Source: Octopus bimaculoides (taxonomy: Eukaryota). Taken from it: a stretch of DNA of 64,000 bases. This document shows positions 1 through 13,901 of this stretch, piece after piece. Numbering within the stretch: position 1 is the stretch's first letter; the number at the start of each line of letters is the position of its first letter. The translations under genes and the position numbers were made by a program. The notes below the pieces were generated by a model that saw only the letters and a list, made by a program, of their open reading frames with translations, was not told the origin of the DNA and did no database searches. Location of the stretch: contig NC_068984.1 of the NCBI RefSeq assembly GCF_001194135.2, positions 73,735,942-73,799,941 of the forward strand, written 5' to 3'.

Positions 1-43
1 TACCCCAATATCACTTTGAGGGCATGCACTGCCCTCTCACTCA
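1..43 (+). mobile_element. 3' end of the ~550-bp (AAT)n-embedded repeat (family F5)
   Basis: taccccaatatcactttgagggcatgcactgccctctcactca matches the ends of the copies at 62335-62885 and 63180-63690; followed by (AAT)n. Confidence 0.8.
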
Positions 44-490
44 ACAATAATAATAATAATAATAATAGTAATAATAATTTTGGTACAATGCTTGCAAGTT
101 TCTGGAGATGGTACGAGTTGATCACATCAACCCCAGTACTTGACTGGTACTTATTTTATTAACCTCAGATGGATAATGGGCAAAGTCAGCCCCAGCATGA
201 TTTTAACTAAGAACATAAAGGCAGAAGAAATACTGCAAAGTATTTTGTCTGACATGGTAATAATTCTACTAGCTTAATCCTTTAATCCTTTCTACTACCT
301 TAATGCTTTAATCCTTTCATCCTCTCACGGTCGATAAAATAAGTACCATTTGAGCACTATGGAAATATATAACTCTTTTCATGGTAGTCTTAGCTGTTGA
401 ATTGTCTTTCTAAGAATTCATTATTTTCTTCTTTCTTTTCCTTTTTGTCTTCTTCTTCTTAGCTTCTTTTGAATTGTTTTTATCTTTCAG

Positions 491-647
491 ATTGGCCAGA
501 TAACTTATTTTGTACATGGTTCTGCTCTTACCCCTTTAGAAATGCCTCCCCAGACAGTATCTGCTGTATCAGGAGCCAGTTCTACTTTTTTGCTCAACTT
601 TCATAACCCCCTTAATGAATTAGTATACGTGAGTGTCAAGTTATCAG
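491..647 (+). CDS. CFAP47: CFAP47-like exon (IGQITYFVHGSALTPLEMPPQTVSAVSGASSTFLLNFHNPLNELVYVSVKLS)
   Basis: Acceptor tatctttcag|A at 490/491 after a long pyrimidine tract; donor CAG|GTAAGA at 647/648; phase 1 end. Confidence 0.85.
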
Positions 648-3600
648 GTAAGACTCAGAGAAACAGAGAGAGAGAAATATTTGCTGCTCTCTCTTTCTCA
701 CTCTCTCTCTCCCCCTCTCTTTCTCACACACACATTTCAAAATAAGTTTTTCAGTGCAGTTCAGTTTTTAATTCTCTTCCATGATCCTAGTGATAATATC
801 GAGAAATGTATTTTTGTGGTCCCAGGTGAGCACTCGTGTAAGAGATATATGATCAAGGATGCTCCACCTGTGAGCAGCTTATCCATGAGTTAGACCTATT
901 ATTCCTAAAGACTCTATTTATAATGTAAACCAAGGTAAATGGATGAAGGGGGCCAATATATGTAGTATATCTTATAACAACTTTATTACAAGATATGCTG
1001 GTATACAAGATATGCTGGTATACAAGACATGCTTTTTTATTCTCAAATGTAACAGAAATTGTCATGTGTCTTATGTGACCATACTATGGATGATATATTG
1101 AGTGTTTGAGTGTATGATGGAACATATTAATTTTGCCTTTTCTACAAAATATACTTGTAAAGTCGTGTCATGTAATTGAACGTGTGCATCTTACACACCA
1201 GCAAACATGGAAACAATAAAGAAAGGAATTAATATAGGGTCTTTGCAAAGGCAGCAAGCTGACAGAATCATTTGCACGCTGGGCAAAATGCTTAGTGGTA
1301 TTTCATCTGCTGTTATGTTCTGCGTTCAAATTCCACTGAGGTCAACTTTGCCTTTCATCCATTCAGGGTTGATTATATAAGTACTAGTTATACACTGAAG
1401 TCAATGTAATCTGAATGCTAAAGGGTTAAAGTTCCTTTCATCGCTTGTATAACAGATATGATGAAGTCTATACTTCAAGAGAAACTGGAGTTGTTCCACA
1501 AGTTTGGTTGGAAAATTAAAAATACTATAAGTTATTACTTAATATTGTTTATTCTAGACACTATAATTAATCCTAGTTAGCCCTTTTGAACGCTCCCTAC
1601 ATTGAATATGTAAATCTTAACTAAAGATATCAAATAGCTTAACATTAACTATATTATTTCGTTATATAGGCATAGTCATGAAGAGATGTTGGCAGGTAAT
1701 GAGGCAGGGATCTGTACTTTTCTTGAGGTCTTTTAGAGATTATCAACTTAACACCGTTAGCTAGTTTATGGTCCCCACATAATGCACCTATTACCACCAG
1801 CTTGATACCACTTAAGATTGAGAGCTTATTTTCTTAAGAAAAAAGACAAACTAATAATTGTTGCTGCTTTAGGCTCAAGGCCAACAATTTTGTGGTAAGT
1901 CAATTGCATCAACTTTAGTACTTTACCAGTATTTTATTTTATCAATGCAAGAGGGATGAAAGGCAGAGGTGACCATGGCAGGATTTGAACTCAAAATGGA
2001 AGAAATACTGCTAGGTATTTTGCCTAGTGCTTTAATGATTCTGCCAAGCCACTACTAGATGAAAATAATAATAACAAAAGAGGAAATTTATAAAGCTGAC
2101 AATTCTTGAATTTTCCATAAACATAAATATAAAAATATTAAAATAGAAAACAAACCCAATGAAAAACATGAAATAAAATTAAGGAAAAAAAGATGAAAAA
2201 TGATAGCATTCCAATTGTGTTATCATTAGAATATGGATGTGAGGCCTTTGAAATCAAATTATATTCCTTTCCCAACTGGCATTGATAAAATCACTAGTTT
2301 TGAAGGAAGGTACCACCAAAATGGTACAGTTTATGTGTGGGTGTGCATGCATTTTAAGACTGATGTCTCTAACAGATATTAAAATATTAATGGAACTAAT
2401 AGATATTACAAGCTGAATGAAGTTGAGAGTTAGATTAAAGATACAGAAAGATGGGGGTACAAACTTAGAAAAGAAAACGAGAACAGTCAGGACATATTTT
2501 TCTCTATCAGATTTAATCTTGTTGATAAATATGAAAGTCAGTTGACCAGATGTTGTGGCTGTCATTTTCTGTACTTAAACCTATAAATTTGATTTTGTTT
2601 CTTTTTATATGTTTCATTCTATTTTTGATATTTTTACACCTACAGAGAACTGGGCTAGTGGGTGTTAGAATAGTTAGTATACTAGAGAAAACATTACTTT
2701 CACTATTTTGTAGACAAGAAAGTAAATTTCGACTACAGTATAGCTGTGAAAATAGCAGAAAGATTGGGTATTTACCCTTATAAGATGGGGAAAAAAGTTG
2801 CCAGTAGGTGGCTACAGGAGCTACTTTTACCATGTTTAGTTACATCTCTCACATTAATGTTTTGAGTTCAAATCCAACCATGGTTCTCCTTATCTTTTAT
2901 TCTTATAAGGAAATTGCTATTTTTGTTTAACCTTTGATTAGTCCTAATCGAGCAGATTTATCATCAACATCATCATCATCGTTTAACGTCTGCTTTCCAT
3001 GCTAGCATGGGTTGGACGATTTGACTGAGGACTGGTGAAACCAGATGGCTACACCAGGCTCCAATCTGATTTGGCAGAGTTTCTACAGCTGGATGCCCTT
3101 CCTAATGCCAACCACTCCGAGAGTGTAGTGGGTGCTTTTACGTGCCACCGGTATGAAGGTCAGTCAGGTGGTACTGGCAATGGCCACGCTCAAAATGGTG
3201 TATTTTATGTGCCACCCGCACAAGAGCCAGTCTCAAAAGAATCCCATTTATAACCATTCTGTATTTTTTCCCAGACAATATATGTAAGATTACATTATCA
3301 AATGTATCTTTAGGGCAGCGAGCTGGCAGAATCATTAGCATACTGGACGAAATAAATGCTTAGTGGTATTTCATTTGTCGCTATGTTCTGAGTTCAAATT
3401 CCGCCAAGGTTGACTTTGCCTTTCATCCTTTCGGGGTTGATAAAATAAGTACTAGTTGAACACTGGGGTCGATGTAATTGACTTGTCCACACCTCCCCCA
3501 AGCTGCCGTTGTGACAAAAATTTGAAATAATTGTTAAATGTATCCTTTGCTTTTCTGTTAAGAGTATGTGATTCTTTTTATTTATTTACTTATTTCAGTC

Positions 3601-4151
3601 ATCAGACTGTAACCATGCTAGGGCACCACCTTGAAGAATTTTTAGTCGAACAAATTAATCCTAGTACTTTTTTTTTTTAAGCCTGGTACTTATTTTATTG
3701 GTTTCTTTTGCTGAGGGTAATTTAAGTAAGATTTGTTTGCTATTTGCAGTGATTGAGCCAATTGACATCATGGTCTCTCTTGTTATGTCCTGATGTTCAT
3801 TAAATAAATACCAGGAAAGCACAACACTGGATTTCATGTAATTGACTGGGCCCACCCTCTAAACTTTGGGATTTGTACCAATATAAGAGGATTCAATATC
3901 AGTATCCTTTCATCCATTGTGCGTGCAATGAATTGACAGAACAATATTACAAACTTTGCCAGAATCATTAATGCATCAGACAAAATCCAAAGCAGTATTT
4001 CTGTGTTCAAATTCTGCTAAGATTGACTTTGCTTTTCATCTTTGTAGGGTTGATAAAATAAATACCAGTCGAGTGGTGAGCACAGTTTAATCAACTATCC
4101 CATTTTCCCAAAATTTCCGCCTTGTGACTATAGATGCAAGAGTGATTATTA

Positions 4152-4197
<46 letters not shown>

Positions 4198-4729
4198 GAG
4201 TGAGAGAGCAGTGCATGCCATCAAAGTGACACTGGGGTAAAATATACAAAACCCAGTATACCCATCATGACTGCCTGTATGATAAGGGTACACCAAGCAC
4301 ATGCATCACAATCATATGTGCACAACATTGTGACATGTCAAGATAAACAGCACATAACCATGTGGGTGGGGTCGAGTAGCCCATCCCATTCAAAATGTCC
4401 CTGAATAAGGGTTGTTTAAGGATATTGAACAAAACACCCATGTTTCCAGAGGTAAATTATCCAAACCCCTAAGAATTCCTCTCAACACATGGCTATGATG
4501 CTCCCCCACTACTTCTGCTCATGATCAAAGATGCACATATCGTCAGCCACAGAGGGACATGCTTAACTGGTTAAGGTCAAGCAACTGACAAGCAAATCTG
4601 TGGTATTGAGCAGAATATTTGCTGTAGCCCATCTTTTATACCCCGACAAAATAATGTATGTGATAACACTTCCAATCAGTTAAAATCAGAAGCCATGAGT
4701 GCCACTACCTAGTAAGTACTTCATCAAGG

Positions 4730-4769
<40 letters not shown>

Positions 4770-4779
4770 NNNNNNNNNN

Positions 4780-4822
<43 letters not shown>

Positions 4823-6311
4823 GGTGGTGCTGGTGGTGGCAGCAGTGGCTGTTATTGTTTTATTATATTGCTAATTTGCATCTGTGTTTTTGTATCACAC
4901 TTTAATTGGAAGATGACAAATGTTCTCTGACAGCCCAATCCGTCTTCAACATTGATTTGATCAAAAAGACCAGTATTTTGCTGGGGCCCTTTCAGACATT
5001 GGGCATCCCAATAATCTTCAGCCCGATTACCAGGACTACGTACCGTAGCGTGTGTGTTGTATCCATTAACAGATCAAAAGAAGAGAAATGGCATTTTAAA
5101 AGGTAATCCTATGTTTCTTTTTGTTATTCTGAAAGTAAAATCCTAAATTAAAAATAAATTAGCACCAAGATAATATTCTCTCTGAGGATGGTGATAGAAT
5201 TTCCCATCGAAGATGATGTGTAAAAGTTGAGTTTTTGCTGAGTGACCAGCACATATGATTAGTTTATAGTGATGAAATGTATGCGTTGCACATTAGCTCT
5301 CTACCTCCATCAAATTGAAGCTTCCTCAACAGGTGCACAGTGTACTACACGTCAGGTGTTGAAGTGATCATTGAGCAATGTGAGATGAAGTACTTTGCTC
5401 AAGGACACAGTGCACCTCCCAGTCCCAGAATTGAAATCGCGATTTCATGATCATAAGTGCAACACCTTAACCATTGACCCATGTGCCCTTACAATATGTA
5501 TGTGTGTGTGTGTGTGTGTGTGTATTTGAGATCTCAAACACAGCATATCACCAAAAGTCTCAGTCACTTGTCATCACCTCCATGAGGCCCAACATTCAAA
5601 AGGTGGTTTTTATGTACCACCGGCGTCGGCCATGACTACAATTTCACTTGGCTTGATGAGTTTTCTCAAGTATTGGCATTTTGCCAAAGGTCTTACTCAC
5701 TTGACATCTCCTCTGTGAGGCCCAACATTCAAAGATCATGCCTTAACACCTTGTCCTATATCTTTCTGGGTATACCTCTTCCTTAGGTTCCCTCCATAGT
5801 TAAAGATCAGCTCTTATTCACACAGCTGTCCCCATCCATATGCATCAGATGACCAAACCAGCACAGTTGTCTCTCTTGCACACCACATCTAATGCCTCTT
5901 ATGCCCAACTTTATTCTCAAGGCATTTACACTCTGTTGTACGTATACACACACACACACATACACACACACACATACACACACACACATACACACACATA
6001 TAAAAACAGCAAAGGTCAAAGATATTTCAGCCATGATCATCCCGTATTTTATTCACACAGCACATTTAGGATTATATTATCCAATATTATATATTATATT
6101 ATATTATATTATATAATATATTATATTATCCAATATATTATCTAATATATGTCCTTCTTTTGTAAGATGACAGAGAGTGGCTTGAGAAGGATTTACCACC
6201 AATTTCATGCAGGCTGAGTGACTACACAGAGGTCCCCTCTTATCGAATTGTTTCCTGTTACCATTTCCAAGTTCATTAGAAGATGAACTCATATTGGCAA
6301 CTACAAGTATA

Positions 6312-6346
<35 letters not shown>

Positions 6347-7003
6347 GTATGTATATATTATATGCATTGTAGTTTTACATTTGTAAAATTTAAGCTAATT
6401 AAGTTATTAATGCAGTCTTGTTTTTGACTTTGAAGTCTATCATTGAGTACGATAAACTGGACCTTCCCCATTATTGGAATACCAGAGTACCAAGATATCG
6501 AACAGATGCCTATGAGCATTTTTGAATGCGATGTACGAAACTCAGCTTCTTACCAGTTGGTGATAAACTTGACCACAAATATGGATGACATTGATGATAC
6601 AGTACTTAGTGCAAAGATTTTAAGTGGAATTATTGAAGAATTCCCTGAATTTGCATCCGATTATGAAGGTAGGTTGCAACTTTCATTCTGCTCTATAATC
6701 AGACTTGTATTGAATATGTATTTGGAGAATGGTATGAGTGGGAGGAATATGTCTAAGTGGATAATATTCTTTTATTCTTTTCCTTGTTTCAGTCAGTTTT
6801 GATTGCAGCCATGCTGGAGCACTGCCTTAAAGGTGTTTTTTTTTAATTGAAGAAATTGACCCCAAGACTTATTCTTTGTAAGCCTAGTACTTATTCTATC
6901 AGTCTCTCTTGCCGAACTGGTAAGTTACAGGGATGTAAACACATGAACTTCAGTTGTCAAGCGATGGTGGAGGGACAAACACAGACTCCACACACACACA
7001 TAC

Positions 7004-7051
<48 letters not shown>

Positions 7052-10000
7052 GATGGGCTTCTTTCAGTTTCCATCTACCAATTCCACTCACAAGGCTTTG
7101 GTTGGCCCAAGGCTGTAGTAGAACACACTTGCCCAAAGTGTCACACAGTGGGACTGAACCCAGAACCATGTGGCTGGGAAGCAAGCTTTTTACCATACAG
7201 CCATGCCTGTGCCTATCTTATGATATTTCATAATATCTTATATTATTATTATTATAGTTTTTGTATAAGGCTCCTACTTCCCTATATTCATGAATAAAGT
7301 CATAATCTTTCTGTGTCAGATTTTGGTGTATCCAGTCATTTAAAAAAAATTTTTGTCTTCCCAACTCTTCATCATTCATTTAGTATGTGTTTTGAAATAC
7401 TGTAAATCTAAGTTATTACTTGGCAAAGCCAGAATATTGATTTCTCCTACATTATTATATTTTTCTTTTGCATATACTTCTGGTTTATGTATGTGCATTG
7501 TAGTCAGTTTAGTTAATTGATTACCAAGTATTTGTAAGTCTGTGTTTAATCTAATTATTCTATCTCTATTTCTTTAATTAGCATGTCAGTCTTTCTAACC
7601 CTTTAGCCTTCAGATTACTCAGTCAAATGTAATGTTTATTTATTCACATTGATTTGTATTAGTCATACATTATCTTGTAGCTTCAAGGTTTCAGTGATGT
7701 AATTTTTTTTTAGAATATCATTGTGGGGTAGGTGTGAAAGGCTAGATCTGGCCAGCCAGTCTGAATATAAAGCAGAATATTTGGGCCAGATATGGCTGGT
7801 ATAAATGCTAAAGGGTTAAATAACTTTACTTTCTTCAAGATTGTAGTACCACATTTTTAAAAATCTAAATCTTTTATCAGTTTCTTTAGTAAATCCTTGT
7901 ACTGTGGGCAATATATATCCATTTGTTATCAGCTGCAGCATACAACTTGATGCTATCCATATACAAAAGATAGTTTAGTTGCCCTTCCATATTTTTTGTC
8001 TTCAAGTTCAGTCTGGTTTAACATGTTGATTGCAGGTATTAGTGCTTAGCAAAGAAAGAAAGGAAGAGACGAGTTCTCTTGGAAATTTCATCTGTTAATA
8101 GAGATAGGATTACTTTTATAATTCCCCTGTGGAACTATTTGCCATTTTCTCATTATATTTCTAATGTATATGCTTTTTATAGTTGCTGCATTTGTGCTTT
8201 CAGGATCCATGAATCGGGAGCACTGCCAAAAGTCTTCTAGTAGTCTATCCATTCCATGCTTAGACCCTTCATTCTCTAGTTGTCTTGCAGCCAAATGAGC
8301 CTTTGCAATATGTGCTCAATTCTAGGAAGAGATGTTTGCTTTCCATTTGTTTATTCTTTGCAATATTATTACTTTTAAAATTTTATGAAACAGTTTATTT
8401 TTATCTATATTTTAGGGTTGCTATTTTTATAGACTTAAGATGGTTTTTCCTATCAGTGAGCTAACTATTGCCTCTAACTCTATTTAGTATTGTATTAAAC
8501 ATCATTGCTAGCACCTTATTAATTAATGTAAGCAGAAGTTTGTAGTTTCATCATCTCTTGGTGCTGTTCAGTTGTTATTTGAGTTTCTTTTCTTTTTTTT
8601 TCGTGTTGTTAGGCCATCCTACAATTGTTTAGGTGCTGTTTTCATGGTAATTCCTTCACTGCTTGTATTCTTTCCTAGACTTCTACTTCTTTTTATGTTG
8701 CTGTGTCATTAGTTTCTATTTTACTTTTACCTAGATATTAATTAAAAAAATTGTTTTTGATTGGAATCAAACCATTTGTTTTGTTCAAAGAATCATTGTC
8801 ACTTTTCATACCAATGGGTAGCACAAGACATTGATAAAAGCAAGACTTTTTAAAAGGACTATTAAATGTTGACTTTCATACAAAACAAAACTTTCAAATA
8901 CAACAAAAGATTTATTATTAACATGAAATGGATAAACGTGACTTCAAAACTAAACAAAGCAAAATATAAAACAGGAATAAGACAAAACTATAAAATGTGA
9001 AAAAGGGCATGACTATAAAAGATGTATCAACTCAACTCACTATTCATTTACCTTTACATTTTGTTTACTATATTTTGTCTGTATATCTTTTTTTATTTTT
9101 AAATCACTTCTCTTTTTAGGTGAACTCCCAGACATATCGTTTCATTTGGAATTCCTGGACAATCAGGCTAGAGTAGCTTTAGTAAATATAGTCTCTCTCC
9201 AACTGCTGAAGACTTTCACAAAACACGACAACCCTGATCATGTTGTATTGATTTTCAGTGTGCATTTCTCTCCAATGAAGAATATCAAGTAAGTACATAA
9301 TTCAGAAAGCATGTTACAGCTTATTCAGTAGGTAAGGTACTTGATTTGCCAACTGCAGGGTCACTATTTAAAATCTCATTATCGTTAAGTAATAATTCTC
9401 AATTGGACATCAATAGCCACCAGCTATACACAGGTGCTGGTATAATTCACCATTGTAATTAACAGAAACATATACTATTTAATTGACAAGCATTGTTACA
9501 TTAGTTGCCAATATGAGTTCATCTTCTCATGAACTTGGAAATGGTACCAGAAACAACTCGGCAAGAGGGGACCTCTATGTAGTCACTCAGCCTGCATGAA
9601 ATTGTTGGCAAATCCTCCTCAAGTCACTCTCTGTCATCTTACAAAAGGAGAAGGACATGTTGGATAGTATAATCCTAAATGTGCTGTGTGAATAAAATAT
9701 GGAAGGCTCATGGCTGAAACATGTTTGACCTTAGATCTACTTTATCATGACTAACTTGGAGGTTAAAAATCAACAGCAACAGTAACACTTTACTTGATGT
9801 GGAATGACATGTATAATGTCTCAACAGCTAAATTCAGTTATAAAACGTGAGAATTTCTTAGTTGCTATTGTGTACTCATTAGCCGAAAAGTTCCATTAGC
9901 TGGGGTGGCATAACTAATTACCATAATTCAAGTCTCAAGTCCTCTAACTCAGCTGTGCACTTTTCCTATCCTAGATGGTTTATATTTATTGTGACACCAG

Positions 10001-13000
10001 CCCACTAGAGAGGTACTCTTTGATAAACAATTCCCACTCTTCTTTGCTCTGGTTCTGAAATTTAGTCAAGGCCAATATTGATGAAGCCAACCTATGCTCA
10101 GAGATTTTGCAGTCATAACCATACTATTTTTTAAGGTGTATATTGGACTACATTATCCAGTTTGTCTTTCCATTTTTAAGATGATTGGGTTTCATTTTTA
10201 TGGAGATTTGGCTGCTGTTTCTAGCAGCATGAGCTACTGTGTAGAGAGTTTCATTCATATTTCTGTTATTTGAAGAATCACACATTATGAGAAAAACTGA
10301 CTGTCAATGGAAGGAATTATAATTATCAGCTTTGAGCAAATAAGTAAACTCTACTGCATGTATTTAGTGCTCCTCTCATCTTACTATGTAGAAAATGGCC
10401 TTACTTGATATGCAGAAAAGGAATAGGTATGTATATTACATAATGTACCATTGTAAAGTATGGGTGCATAAGATGTGTAGTAGAATCAGAGGCAAGCTAA
10501 TGGAAAAAGCAGACTGAGTATGTAGCAAGGTGGACAATGGCAGTTAGCACAAATTACACATGGATGAGAAGTGAATTTTTTTCAATTGCCCAAGAGGCTA
10601 CTTGAAAGTGGTTGATAGTTTCTATTACTCTGGTAACCTGTTTAGCAGAAGAGAGTAAAGTTGCTATTAATAAGAGTTGAGGGAGCTATTACCTCTGATG
10701 GCAAAGGTGATAAAAAAGTGTTTCTCTCCCAGAATGTAAAGAAGATTGTATGATGATACTTGTATACAAACTTTGATGCTACATGATGGTGGAACATGAA
10801 CCAGAATATAAAGAACTTGTGAAGACAAGAAAGAAATGAAGAAGCAAGAATGTTTTACTGAACATGCAATTTCAGTATGAATGAACAACAAAGTACAAAT
10901 GAGCTGAAAGTAAAACTGTATTTGACCCTTTAGCATTTGAACTGGCCATATCCAGCCCAAAATTTTCTACCTGTTTTATGCTCAAATGAGCCAAATCTGT
11001 TCTCCCACCTATACCTAATTATGTCATTGAAAACATAACCAATTGCATCACTGAAATCTCAAAGCTATGAAATAAAGCATGATTAATTCAAACCTATGTG
11101 AATGAATATGTATTAAATTTGACAGAGTAATCTGAATGCTAAAGGGTTAAGAGACATCAGATGATGTATCCAAGAGAAAAATATTTGCTGATATGGGAAT
11201 GTGATGCATATAGAAGATGACAGCTGCTTTTGTATAAACAATTCTATTGAGTTCATTGAAATAATTTTAATGAAGGATTCAGAATATCAATAATTTGTTC
11301 TTGTAATCACTTCGGTTTTATGAGGCTCTTCTGTTACAATCTAAATATACACAACTTTAGGTGTGCAATATCAAAATATGGTTTGGATATTGAGCCCTAA
11401 GCCATATGGTAACATGTGCATTAAAGCACATCATGAAGTATGTGCGTATGCATGGGTGTGTGTGTGCTGTTGAGACCCCCCCCCTTCAGTCATGACTGAC
11501 CATAGGATTGCACCTAGAAAGTTACCCTCCCAAGCACAAGTCCGGGCAAGGTTGTTTATGGGAGACCAGCAGTCACCCATGCATACCGGCCTCCCCTCTC
11601 CACGCCACCAGTGTTATCCAAGGGAAAGGCAAAGCCTGATACAGCTTGGCACCTGTGATGTCGCAACTCATTTCTACAGCTGAGTGAACTGGAGCAACGT
11701 GAAATAAAATGTCTTGCTCAAGAACACAACACACAGCCCGGTCCGGGATTCGAACACACAACTTCACGATCGTAAGCTCGACACTCTAGCCATTGATGAT
11801 AGATTAAAGGGGATATTTGTTATAACTTCCAATTGGTTCTTGGAAGTTGTCAACAAATATCAAAAAAGCACTAGTTCATGCATGATGGTCAGCTATAATA
11901 ATGGAGACAATCGTTTCTTGATTAAGTTATGAAGAAGCAGGTTTGGATGTTAGAAATTTAAATCAAGGAGTAGATGTACAGAATATACACATTTAATATT
12001 ACTTTTTTTTTTTTTTTGCACTTTACAATGTTCTTAAAATTTCTATTTATTCTATACATTACAAATTGTAAATTGAAAACTATCCTATAATATAATTTCT
12101 GCTTTTTGTTTTTTTTTTAACACTGCTATTTTGAACAGAAATGTTACTCACCTTGCAATCACTAAGAAGAATGGCTGTGTTTGGCGTTTCCCTCTCACTT
12201 TTATTGCTGATAACCCTGTCATTGATGACACAATAGTTATCAAATCTTTGAAACTGAAGGAGAAGTCTGTGGCTCGTTTTTATCTCCACAGCAATGAAAA
12301 GTAAGTAGCATTGTTTTCAGTTTGTATTTTTAGTTTTTAAACTTGTTTTTTGTTTGTTTGTCTTAGGCTTTATCTACCTGTCTCTTCTGTTTCATTTCAG
12401 TTTCTCTTCTCATCAAATCCCCTACAATTCACAGGGTAAGCTAATGAGGGAAGAGGGCGCTTACGTAGTTACTCAAGTTGCTAAAAATTGCAACCAAATC
12501 TCACTTAAATTACATTGTATCTTATTAAAAACAAAAAAAAAATGAAGGACACTAGCTAATGTACTCCTTGATACACTATGTCTGAACAAAAGAGAACAAG
12601 GCTGTAACTGAAATGCTTTTACCAGAGCTGATCTAGGGCTAGTGAACTAGTGTTTATCTTAAGTTTGGGCAGCATCATCTAGATGAGAAGAAAGAGAATG
12701 ACATGGGTTTTCTTTGATGAGCTTTACTAGATGTTTTTCACACCACGTTGATTATATTTCCTGTGCGAAGTACAAATTAATTAAACATACATGAGTTTTA
12801 CAATGTAGCCTCTGCTGATTATTTATTACCTCTGCCTTAGTGAAGGTGGAGGTATTGTTTTCAGTCATGTTTGTTTGTTTGTTTGTCTGTGGACAAGATA
12901 TCTCAAGAACTGCTGGATGGATTCAAATGAAACTTTCAGGGATGTCTGGCCTCGTGACTGGCACAAACTGCTTAGATTTTGGGATCGATCTGATGCCAAA

Positions 13001-13838
13001 CAAGGAATCGGGATTATTTTTCCTGTTTTTTTACTTAATTTTTGAGAGCGGTCAGGTTCCTTTTTAGTATTCTAATTTATGAGAACAGTCAAATTTATTT
13101 CAGATATTCACATTTTATAAATCATCTCTGGGTAATCGTTGAGAGGATGTTGGTGTTGCCTTGGTGGAGGTTTGTGTTCTCTGAGTGCTCTTGTTTGTTT
13201 ATTTTTTGTCCTGATTTTTATCCATTTTGGCAGATCCTGATGATTATTGTATTGATGCCACTAAAAGGCTACACCAGTCAATCTGTTGCTTCATTTGATG
13301 CTGAGAGGCTATTTCCATAATCTTTCTCTTAGATTGTGCAAATGTAATTGTGAGGGAATTGGACTGCTGTTTTTAGTAGGTCCTGTAACCATAGAGAATC
13401 TATCTTTAGAAATTATGCTCACAATTAGATGCCCTTCTTAATGGTAACTATTCAATTGTAAACTAGGAAGTAGAATCTATTGTATGGTCTTCATGAAACA
13501 AAATGAAACAAATAGAGTTTATATTTTGGTATTAGGTACAACACAATGGCTATACTAAGATTTAAGATCTTGATCATTCGACCTTATAGTCCAGTATCCT
13601 TCAATTTACATAAAATATATTATAATTATTATGAACATCCATAACATATGTTATCTTATCATGCAAGCATGGCTGTGAGGTAAGAAGCTTGCTTCCTAAC
13701 CACATAGTTCCAGGTTCAGTCCAACTACATGGCACCTTGGGCCAGTGTTTTTTACTATAGCCATAGGCTGATTAAAACCTTGTGAATAGGTTTGGTGGAC
13801 AAAAACTGAAAGAAGCCCACCATATTTCTATATACATA

Positions 13839-13901
<63 letters not shown>

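Noticed and set aside
633-893. ORF continuing after the first CFAP47 exon, and a possible exon at 760-~826
   Set aside because: Runs through a (GA)/(TC) microsatellite, has no CFAP47-like motif, and the 4913-5102 exon already satisfies phase and homology.
988-1033. 17-bp tandem duplication (acaagatatgctggtat x2.7)
   Set aside because: Ordinary intronic slippage; far too few units and no spacers, so not CRISPR-like.
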